NCBI GenBank assembly: GCA_000708835.1
Contig: DF237108.1
Location: 1-64,000, forward strand
DNA: 64,000 nucleotides
Direction of reading: 5' to 3'
DNA from: Klebsormidium nitens
Lineage: Eukaryota > Plantae > Klebsormidiophyceae
Below the pieces are notes generated by a model, which was given only the letters and a program-made list of their open reading frames with translations, had not been told where the DNA came from and did no database searches. This document shows positions 37,601 to 47,800 of this stretch, piece by piece. A program made the position numbers and the translations under genes. The number at the start of each line of letters is the position of its first letter. Position 1 is the first letter of the stretch.

Positions 37601-40600
37601 AAGATCAAGAACGATGCGAATAAAAATGCAGATGCAGCTTTAGCAGGGTTCAGAGCCCCGCAACCCTGTGTGCAGGTCGCCGCGGTGATCGCGTTCGCAT
37701 CCGCGTTCCACATTGCGATGCACTACGCGGCGGGCGCCCAGATGGGCATTCTACGACATTACGTTATCGAGACGCTGCCTGGCGTCACAGGTCAGCATTT
37801 TACCTGCAAGGTCTAATGCGTTCTACGAAGATCTGCAGAGAAGTCTTGTGTATACATAGATCTCAATTCTGGTTTGTTTTTATGCTCGTCCTTCTTCCTA
37901 AGAAGCGTGGTTGCTCAACAGCAGAGATATAAAGAGAAGCCAGCTACTCTAGCGTGAAATTTTCAAAGACTATCCCTGTTTCTCGAGCTGAAATTCTATC
38001 TGCTTTTCACCGAAGGAAACAAGCTCATCCATTCTGACTACTGCAATATTAGTTAGGCCGTACACTCCAAAGAAAATTTCGCTCGGCAGGATTACTTGGG
38101 GTTACATACTCTCAGCTCCAAACCATGAGCCGAATCCAATGTTCTCAAATCAATCCCCCTCTGCGCAGGCCACCTGATTGTGCTCCTAATGATCCCCATG
38201 TTCTTGACCGCCCACAACAGCATCCGCCGGGGCAAGGGGTTCAATTTTCGAAAGCGCAAGATCGGCGGCTACGATCTCTTCTTCAACGTGCACCAACTCT
38301 ACATCCTAGTTTTCATTCTTCTTTGGATCCACTCCCCGTCTTTCCACAAGTGGTGCTTTTGGCCGGTGGTTCTATTCATTGTGGATAAGCTGGTGGGGCA
38401 CCTGCGGTCGGGGCGGGAGGTGCGCCTGCTGCGGGCCTGGTGAGAATACGCCCCTGCTTTCATCGGGCTTACGTCCGGTCATTCTAGGCTCACATCCTGG
38501 GAAGAACTCGCCCCGTTCTTGACCAGTGCTTGCGTCCTGGTGATAAAAGGGTCCTGTCCTTGTTTGGTGCTCACATCCCAATAAATGGCGCTTCTGCTTC
38601 TTAATATTGTTATTCCTATGGCCAACATGCTCCTGTGATTCTCTCGATTATGCTATACCCAAGCGCACGTTGCTGACAAAATCCTACTCACTTGATCTTA
38701 CGTGTATAGCATTACGTCTGTTCTATTGCCCCCTGCTTCGCTCCAATCCTCTGCAGCGGGATCGTGGGCTGCGGGGTGTTGTGGGCCAAAATTAAAATTA
38801 ATTTCCATTTCGATTGCTGCCTCTTTTGAAAGTGCATGCCAGGAATTCTGACTATCATAAGCTTCGCTTTGGCTCCTGCAGAGTCTTGAGAAAGTACCCA
38901 TTTGAGCCCCAACAACTGCGTGCCTCAAAGACTCACGCTCTCACGCTCCCTTTCTTCGCAGCAACGAGACGACCGGAACGGATGTGATGCGCATCGAAAT
39001 GGCTATCGACCGGTTCCACTACAAACCGGGGCAGTACCTGTACATAAACTGCCCGGCGATCTCCAAGCACGAATGGCATCCGTTTACCATTACGAGCGCG
39101 CCGGAAGAAGCGATCGTGTCCGTCCATATGAGGACACGTGGCGACTGGACGACGGGGCTGCGGCAGCTGCTGAATCCGGAGAACCTCAAGGAGGTGAGGG
39201 CGGAAGGATATCAAAGATGGCTAATGCAAACATCTCTAGCGCCTGACTCTCGTCCCAGATTTGAATCAAAAGCTCAGTTGACAAGCTTGTACGTGAGCGG
39301 ATGAAGAAGAGTGGGAAAGGCGTTCTGATCATGAGTTCTGTAAGATTCCGCTAGAGCCACCCTTGCAGACGAGGACTACGAGTCGTGGGTCCAAAAGGAT
39401 GCAAGCGAAGTCCCTCAAACAAATCATTTGGGCGATGGTAAATTAAACCGTAATACTTGTACCAAACCAGGGTCTCAAAAAGCAACATGCGAAGCACTAG
39501 GTAAATAAATCAATCAAGTGATCAACTTTGACGTCCCGTAGGAGCCATGAGCGGTCCTAGGATTGAACTAGTCCGGCTTGCCAAATCAGACCGCTTCGAT
39601 TTGAGAGTCGATCCTTTTCTCCCAGGTTGACTTCTCTGACATCAGCGCCTTGTCCCGGGCGTCCGCCCCAGCCACCAGCGCGACGCGCGCCAAGCCGCTC
39701 TCACCGCTCGCGCCCGCGTCCGCCCGAAACCCTAAAACCCCGGACATCGCCGATGCGAAGAAACCAGACGCGAAGCCGGCCGCGGAACCCGTAAAAGAAA
39801 ACGAAACCCCTCCCGCAAAGACGTCGTTCTTCGGCGGGCGGGGAGCCAAGCCCCGGGCGAAGCCCGAGCTTGGGAAAGGAGAGAAAGATCCCGGGGGATC
39901 CCCCCGGGCGGAAGCGTCCCAAGCTACCCCGGCCAGCGTGCAAGCGCTGAGCAAGATCGCCGCTCAGAAGGAAGAGAACGCGGTACCCACCGGGCAGGGA
40001 GAGGTTCCTGGTACAAACCCGCCGGGCGTTCCGCTCGAGCAGGTCGTGAGCGGGGAGCGCCCGGCGGGAGGCGCTGCGGCCGCGGCCGCGACGCCGCTGG
40101 CGCGCGCGGACGCGATCTCGCGCGCGCCCTTGATCCGGGTGGACGGACCATATGGGTGAGGAATTCTCCAGGATAGGTATGAAGAGCTGCAATCATATCC
40201 GACGAAGCTAAGGTTAACATTATACTTCCAATATGCCTTAGAAAGCCGTAACCCGACCTCTAATTCAACTTAACACCGTCAGTTAGACCCTGATCTGAGC
40301 ACGTGTCAACCTAGGAGACGGTGATGCTTGTGGGTGCCGGGCCTTGTGTAACACTCGTGTTTTGTAGCACACTTCAACCGATCCAATCTCTCCAACCCAC
40401 CTCTAACCGAGTTGATTAACCACCTTAGGGCGGGGTCTGAGCACGTGGTGGACTACGATACGGTGATGTTGGTTGGCGCCGGGATCGGTGTGACGCCGTT
40501 TGCCGCCGTCTTGAAAAGCATCCGCCTCCGCTGGCGCCGCCAGGCCGCGACCGGGGGGCCGCTGGACACCGTCTTTCCGCTCAAGGTGAGGGCGGAACCG

Positions 40601-42072
40601 GAGCCGCTTGGCGGATACCTTGTTGGAAATACTTTTGGTTGCAAGCACAAGTGGGGGAAAGAACGGATAGTTCTGGCCTTTTTTCGGTTATTTCGAATCG
40701 TAATCAATTGCTTATCGCATGTTAAGCTTCAAGAGTCGTCACGAATCGACGTTGAAAGCACAAAGTCCTTGTGACCCAACCCAACAACCCCTCAACTTCT
40801 GACCACGTAAGACTATGTAACAAACCTTGTTACATCAGACACTCAGAGAGGAAACCACACCGAGAAGCAAAGCGTTGCTTATAGCCGCTAACCCAGATGT
40901 TGAAAACTCTGGCTAAATTTCGCCTGCAATTCTGTAACCCAGGTCTACTTCTATTGGATCTGCCGCGATCGGCAGGAGTTCAACTGGTTCAGCTGGCTGC
41001 TCGCGGAGCTCGAGCACGAGGACGTCAGGTAAGCGCGCGCGCGCGGCCGCGCACCAGAACCCTTAAACCCTTGCAATCCCAAGTTTGCGCCCGGGAAGCC
41101 AGCACGGTGCTTCGATTCTCCTGCAAGAAAGTTGTGTCAAACTTGCATTTGGTTCAGCTTTCTTATAGATTCAGTTCTAAAGAACAGACTGTCCGGCCGA
41201 CGAATAGTGACCTCATTACTCCCTTTGTTGTTACAAACTGGCTCTTCTGCCCTCGTTCGAAGCTTATCTGTCGTTTTCTTGTTGGTCCAGGCTAATACCT
41301 AGAGATTTGAGCGATGAGAGGCAGAACATCTACCCGAATTGTTTCAATGATTTTTTGACCTCTCGGTTAGCCACATGCCAGCGGTTCCCGCTTAACCACC
41401 TCGATGGTAAATCTCATGCTTAGCGCTTTCGCCGTCTCTCTCCCCAGGCTGAGCAACCGGTTCGAGATCAACACGTACATGACCGGCGAGTTAAACCTGG
41501 ACGAAGTCGTCACTCAGAACAAGGACACGTCAGCAAAGAAGGGCGCGGAGGTGAGACCCCGCCTCACGACCTCTCAACATGTTGCGCTGCGCAATCATTC
41601 CTCACTACCAGTATTCTTCCGAGGGGCAGAACAACTAGAGTTGAGTAGAGCCTTCGAGCACCTCGTTTATGAAGCCCGATCTGCATGTATGTGGTCACGC
41701 TTGTGATTGAGAGGGACAAATCGTCCAGTCAAAGGTCAAGCTTTGGCAGCGCGCCACAGTTGCTTGCTCCAGTAAAATCGACGTCACGAACTATCTTGCA
41801 GCAGATTAGTGGGCAGGAAGTATAAACTGTTCGCACATTCGCTTCGAAATAATAACAAGATTCTCGACGCTTTGCAGGTCGCGTGGGCCGGCAAGAAGTG
41901 GGCGGGGCGACCCAACTGGAAGCGCATCTTCAAGAAGGTCGCCGAGACGCACGGCGGCAAGACCGTCGGCGTGTTCCTGTGCGGCCCCGGGGCGCAGGAG
42001 CTGCGGGACGCGTGCAAGAGCAACACAACGCTAGGGGGAGCGACCTTCGACTTCCACAAGGAGAACTTCTAA
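28680..42072 (+). CDS. DD3-3-family ectodomain fused to an NADPH oxidase (NOX) core, 22 exons, about 1348 aa
   Basis: Exons 28680-28793, 29535-29789, 30212-30447, 31080-31219, 31738-31946, 32342-32522, 32932-33071, 33348-33464, 33742-33942, 34306-34592, 35097-35167, 35822-36032, 36446-36520, 36864-36984, 37676-37790, 38169-38439, 38962-39193, 39626-40155, 40429-40585, 40943-41028, 41448-41550, 41878-42072. All introns are GT-AG, total 4047 nt, no internal stop. Both halves are secure. Their joining depends on the 71-nt exon 35097-35167. Confidence 0.8.
28746..34434 (+). other. DD3-3-family extracellular domain (after a 22-aa signal peptide)
   Basis: Signal peptide [22 protein letters not shown]. 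Motifs [121 protein letters not shown] and [13 protein letters not shown] match my recollection of Dictyostelium/animal DD3-3 proteins. Many N-X-S/T sequons are present. Confidence 0.85.
35950..42072 (+). other. NOX catalytic core: 6-TM bis-haem domain plus FAD/NADPH dehydrogenase domain, no EF-hands
   Basis: Haem histidines [16 protein letters not shown] (14 apart) and [15 protein letters not shown] (13 apart). FAD motifs [38 protein letters not shown] motifs [35 protein letters not shown], and C-terminus FHKENF. Confidence 0.95.
36056..36114 (+). repeat. Intronic array of eight G-tracts (telomere-like, G-quadruplex potential)
   Basis: agggttctgggatttcagggttctggggtttcagggtttcggggtttttgggtttttggg begins about 23 nt after the donor at 36033. 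Confidence 0.7.
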
Positions 42073-43528
42073 TCAAAGGTTGATTTTCCGGAGGGTTGAC
42101 AATCAGTAACGGGCGGAAGGCCGGCGAGCTTGATGACGAGGCGCAAGAAGAGATCATGTAAACGGCGGGTGTTACCCCTAAAAGCAGCAAACAGAGGGGA
42201 GAACACCGTAACGTCTACCAGGCAGTGTCTGCACGGGAACGGCCAGAGTGTATTCTATGTATAAGGAGGCTAGAATTGGGCGGGGCAAGTACTATATATG
42301 GTGGTACACTTATATTCATGCGACGTTCGGTGGCCTGTGCCAAGAGCTTCACTTGATGCGTCTAAGTGGTTCACCCCGAGTACCGTCCGTAGGGCTTGCA
42401 ATGCCTTTTCTGTGTCGAGCTCCTGATATTAGTGCGCTTGTTTTTCGACCCAATTGAACGGCCCACGTTTGGTACGTGAAAGAGTTAGACGGTTCGATAG
42501 CGGGCAATCCCTAAGATGGTCAGAATGTAAACCCCGTTTGGTCCCATGGTGGACGCGGGAAGCGGCGTATGAACCTTTACGGTTTAAATTTTCAAGATTG
42601 AAACGCTCCGCTTGCTGGGGGTAGATTCGATAGGTTAGAGGTAAGGACAAATGCTGGGCGGTTCTTGCAGAACTTTGATTGGAATATGTACTGCGACCCT
42701 TGCTGATACAAAGAATAAGTTCGTTGCAAGCATGAAAATATGCTTGGGCAAAGGATTGCGCTCCGCTTCGACAGGCGGGAGACTCGACTTATTTACTGTA
42801 CTGACGAAGTGATTCTGAACATGTCTCATTGACTAATGCCTTTTGGCAACGTTCAGCGGTATCAACGAGTCAAATAATCGAATCGAAACCAATTGCGCTA
42901 TGTATCCTGCAAGGGATCACCTTCCGTCGCTTGACGTGGCTGAGGGCACATGGTGAAACATGTGGAGCAACTTCAGCACTCTCGACTCTTTTGCCATGTA
43001 AATCCAGCTAGTAGAACAGCAGAAAGTAACCAACTCAAATCTGCTTTAGTTGTGCAATCATTCCAGCTCGGATTCGCATTCTCGGGCAAAAGAAACTGGC
43101 AGAGGCGGAGTATGTTGTGCAATTACGTTCGAAGTTGGCGGCTGCCAAAAAGAGATGGTGCACTGCACGTGACCTCGGTAGTCAAAGTCAAGCATGTCCA
43201 TATGCACATCCATGGTGGGAATCGCGCTGGTCTTTGTACCGTGAGCTCAGGTGTGCCAGCATTTGGATCGATCGTACGTAAGCAATTGACTGAACCGACC
43301 AGAGATACCACTGACGTCATGCTAGAAAACGTCACCCAGATTTGCAGCGAGGTGACCAGTGTCGGAAGGATGCCTTGAATCAGCTCCTCCCAATCAGCTC
43401 CGAAGTGTTCACTCGTTTCTGAACATCTTCGTCCTTCTTTAACGGAAAGATTTCGACTTTTAAGCAACATCTTTTTGTTTTCCAGAGTGTCGATAGTGAG
43501 AGCTCGGCATATATGCAATATATTTGAA

Positions 43529-43599
43529 TGGGTGAATCTGTAACGAAGGCCAGCTTGCACTCGAAAATCAAGCTCTGGCATTTGTTACAGATTCACCCA
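43529..43599. repeat. Intergenic inverted repeat/hairpin, 71 nt
   Basis: Perfect 16-bp outer stem tgggtgaatctgtaac / gttacagattcaccca, plus an imperfect inner stem gccagcttg / caagctctggc. Confidence 0.8.
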
Positions 43600-44138
43600 G
43601 TCGCAAGAGGTAAACGTGCGCCGCCCAGACAAGTTCCGTGAGATTGGTCTACTTTGAGTCCATCAATTTGCAGAGGTGCACGGCAGTAGTACCTGCAACT
43701 GTGGTGCGAAGCTTACCAGCTTACATGGATATGGAGTCGGCCACCGAAGGGATTCATCTCTGCTCTTGCCAACCATGCGTGCCACGACGTCGTGATCAGG
43801 ACTAATGTCGGCCAATATGCGAAGTCGATCGGACTGATTGGACGGCATGCTTTCGCCGTTCTTCCCGATTCTCAAGTAGGTGCCGTGTGTCTTCCTGCAT
43901 CATCCTATTGGACATGCATCACAGATGTAATCATTGAGGTTCAAAAGGACCCATCAGGCCCAGGGTCAAAACATCCGCGGAGATAGTGTGAAATGATGGC
44001 AGAGGAGGCCGGGCTGGCCCCGGGGTCGTCAACATATATGTTTGTGAGGGAATGCCATGATGTCTAATCCGTCAAGTTGGCTGAATACATGGGAGCCGCA
44101 GGCTCCCCGGAGCTTGCTTGCTTGCAGTTGTACTGAAC

Positions 44139-44539
44139 CAGGGGGGTTGGGGGGGCGGAGCCCCCCCCTAATTTTCAAGGAACAAAAGCTGAGCGCGGTG
44201 GTGAGCTGTGCTCGTCTTCTCTACTGGATTGCGTCGAAAAAGAACGAAAAAATCGTCAAAAATGATTGGAGACAAGCGGGATCGAACCGCTGACCTAATG
44301 CAAGTTACTGACGTCATGCTGACGACATTGCTAAGCATTTGCTCTACCAACGGAGCTCTATCCCCTCAAAACTTGATCAACTCCGCACCCATAACATAAG
44401 CTATGATCAATCACCGCTTCTTGGCAACCCTTTCTGACACCTTGTTCGATCTCTTCGCCGGTACATACCGTAGTTTCAGCCCCCGGCCTTTTCAACCTCT
44501 ATAAAACCGGGGGGGCTGCCGCCCCCCCGAGCCCCCCCG
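44139..44539. repeat. Pair of GC-rich imperfect inverted repeats bracketing the tRNA
   Basis: 44139-44175 caggggggttgggggggcggagcccccccctaatttt versus the reverse complement of 44503-44539, cgggggggctcgggggggcggcagcccccccggtttt. Confidence 0.6.
44267..44365 (-). tRNA. trnA-AGC: tRNA-Ala (anticodon AGC) with a 26-nt intron at the canonical 37/38 position
   Basis: Acceptor GGGGATA/TGTCTCC+A with G3:U70; D-stem GCTC/GAGC; anticodon stem AATGC/GCATT with loop TT-AGC-A[intron 44328-44303]T; variable loop AGGTC; T-arm AGCGG-TTCGATC-CCGCT; T5 and T6 runs just downstream. Positions 8 and 14 are atypical (G8, C14). Confidence 0.85.
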
Positions 44540-44843
44540 CTTTCTTCCTCTTTGGGCCTTTGTTTCACTGCACCTGATTGAGCTACTTGTGCTCTGATTT
44601 GTTGATTACTTATAGACGCCAGGTGTCCGTTTCTGATTCGCCCTTTCTGGCGGCAATGGGGCACAAAACAAGCAACAACAAGTTGAAGCTTGTGTGGAAT
44701 CATGTTCTCAAAGTCAGCATTCTCAGCATCGCCTTGAACGGCGTCATTTTGAGCAGAGGCACCGAGGCGATGAACCTCCTGGCAAATGTAGTACCGAGGC
44801 CCAGCAGAATCCTCTAATCCAACGTGAAAGTTTGCTCGTCGTC

Positions 44844-47800
44844 ATGGCGCCGCTATCAGCATCAGTGTATGCGCGGAAGAAGAAAGATAAACGAGCAAGT
44901 GGCAAGCCAGTTGCGAAGAAGCGACCCGGCCCAAAGTCTAAAGGAGCTCCTAAAGAAGCAGCGGATGCCGCGCCAGCTGGGCAGAAAAGGAAGCGCCCAA
45001 CAGAGATAGTACCCAGTGCTTCAAAACGAGCACGGAAAGCGGGTGGCAGGGGAGAAGATGCATCCTCTATTTTGGAGAAGAAGCAGAGAGTTGCTAAGAA
45101 AAGGGATCAAGCTGCCAAATCAGAGGAGAAGAAAGTGAGGGCGGCAAAGAAGGAGGATCAGACGGTGGCTGCCAGTGAGAAGAACAAGGTCAAGGTGTCT
45201 GTATCCTCTGCATTGCAACGGGGGAAGAAGCCGGCAAGGGCTGGAAAGACGGCGGACGTAGAATCAGCGCGTTCGAAAGGTAAAGGGACAGGTTTGGGTG
45301 AAGATGGAAAGAGTGCAGCGGGCCAGGGCGTCAAGCGGAGACCCGGGCGGCCGGAGCAAAGCAAGGGAGGGGATGAGCCAAATGGTGGGGAAGAGGTGGC
45401 GGTCAAACGAGGACGTGGGCGGCCAAAGAAAAGTAAGGAGACGGAGGAGGAGAGCGGTGCACAAGAAACAGCTGTCAAAAGGGGCCGAGGCCGGCCAAAA
45501 GGAAGCAAGAACAAGGATAAGGGGAGCAATGCACAGGAAAGAGCTGTCAAAAGGAACCGTGGGCAGCCGGATAAAAGCAAGAAGCCGGACAAGCCAAGCG
45601 GGTCACAGGAAGCTGTCAAAAGGGGTCGGGGGAGGCCAAAGAAAGCCGAGGCAGAGGAGAATGCAGGCTCTGATCCAAAAGGCAAAAGTGGTCAGAAGGG
45701 TGGAGCAAAGAAAGCGCCGCCGCCCAGAGCAAAGTACCTTGACCGGCTGGAGTTCGACGGCACCCTGTTCGAAGCGGGCGACTTTGTCTACATCAAAAAG
45801 ACTGACGGGGACAAAGAAGAGTCTGACGAAGAGCTTGAGGAGTGCCGGGTCTGTGGGAACTGCCCGCAGGAGGGGGAGGACATGCTGGAGTGCGACACCT
45901 GTCTTGGGGGTTTCCACTTGGGGTGTTTGGACCCCCCCTTGGAGGAGGTTCCGGAGGGGGACTGGAATTGTCCGGCGTGCTGTGGGGCAGAATGTGGGGA
46001 CTGGGTGACCAGGACGAGGCAACGGCGGCGCACGCTGAGGGAGCGGTATCTTGCGGGAGAGTTGTACATGGCAAGGATAAACATGTGAGCTGTTTCATTA
46101 TTCAAGTGTATGTTGGTGCAATGGTGGCGGCTGTGGGCTTTGATAGGATTGGGGTCTGAAAGCCTAGAAAACATTGTGCACCACAGAAAGTATGCGAGGA
46201 GCTGGACCGGGTCGACGTTTGGATATGTGGAGTAATTACGGGTTCCTGGGGGTGAATGCTAACTGTGTCAGAGGCTTGACTGGGTGCTGCCCATGATAGT
46301 CAATGGGGGCCTCGAAGCCTGCCTCAACGGTACTTAAAGTCCTGACCTCCTGAACAACGGCAAAATGAGTTGAAGCTTCAATATTTCCATCTCCCAATCT
46401 CCATATTGCTTTCAGACAAGATATTGAGACACCAACGCAACACGAAGTCAGTGCACAGATGGGTGGGGTCGTTGGGGGGTAAGTGCTGGTAGGAATGCAG
46501 AGAATATACATCTTCAAGTTTCTGGTTGTTGATGTAAACTATTTTGCGAGCCTAAGCTGCTCACTATCCTTGCTTGTCTCACTTTCTCTAGAGATCTATC
46601 ATATTCGCGTTAGCCAAAATACTTAAGAATTCAAAGCTAAAGCTCTTTTAATTGCAGGATGTGGCAGGAGCCCAACGGCGACTATTACTTCCGGGGAAAC
46701 TGGTTGGACATTCCAGAGGAAACGCACATGGGCAGGCGTGAGCATAACCACCGGCGGGAGGTCTTCTTGTCGACTCTGGAGGACGATGTTTCGGTAAGCT
46801 GCTGGGAGCCATGCTCAGATAGCAAACGGCTGCCCCGTGCCGCAAAACGTGTTTTGACACCTGGCAATTGGCAACACGGTCACCAGGAATTTCGAAATTC
46901 TCTTCAGAGCATGATTTGAGGGAGGAGATGTCGGTTCAAAACTCGTAAAGTGACTCTTTGTCTAGGCAGAGCTTATGGTTTGTCAGGAGACAAGCCAAAC
47001 CAATTTGCAAGTCTTTACCACTGTGTTCAATTTGAAGGACCTCTCACAACCTTGGACCAAGAGATCCCTTTTCCGAAGTACATTTGTTTGGGCTTATAAG
47101 CTGATACATTTTGCTGTGCAACTGGGTGCCTGCTCAAGCCCCGGTATGGCCCACTGCAAAGGCCGATGTATTGGGCATAGATCATAGTATATTACAATCG
47201 GAAATGCTAAATCGTCGTTTGGTTTAGTCAATCATGCTGCCTTCTGCTTCGCTTCATCGGAAGGATTCTTGTGCATATGCAACATCTGAAACTATCCAGC
47301 GTATTGCTTTTGAACTTGCTGTATACTGAAAGCGTTCCTTTCTGTCAGATGGACTCCATTATCCGGCATGCGTGGGTGTACCCGCGAGAGCGCTTCGAGC
47401 AGGCGGCCAACGAGGGTGATGACGTGTACCTGCTCGAGTATGGGTACTGCCCACGAACGCAGCGCTACAAGCGGATCGACGACATTGTGGATGACGGGCG
47501 GGGCTGGAATTACGAGGTCAGCGCTCTGCGGCACTTTGCAGCCGTTTTAAAAAGTTACATGTATGAGTTTCGAAACCCGATTCCAAGACTTTAACAGCCT
47601 ATCTACGGCGTGATAAAGTTTGTAAAAAGTCGTACTGCCGATTGACGTCATTGCAGATGATGGATGGGGCTGGTATTACGAGGTCAGATTACGGCGAGTC
47701 ATTTTCGTCGGAGTTTACAGAATACCTTGAAACTCTTAAGAACTGATTCTAGAGTGCCTTAGCAGATTGCATACGAAATGTTAGAAGTCTGCAGAGACAG

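Noticed and set aside
35950-42072. Interpretation as a ferric-chelate reductase (FRO/FRE) or a standard RBOH
   Set aside because: [21 protein letters not shown] and the terminal KENF are NOX-type. No EF-hand-like D-x-D-x-D-G loop occurs in the roughly 80-aa linker, so it is not an ordinary RBOH.
43068-43236. Exon-like segment (cag|...RILGQKKLAEAEYVVQLRSKLAAAKKRW...|gtgagc) in the intergenic DNA after the NOX gene
   Set aside because: I could not link it to any other exon, start or stop, or to a known family. It may be a pseudogene or TE fragment but cannot be supported.
44366-44843. E2F site in the ORC1 promoter
   Set aside because: Only a partial match (ttctggcggc); no exact TTTSSCGS consensus was seen.
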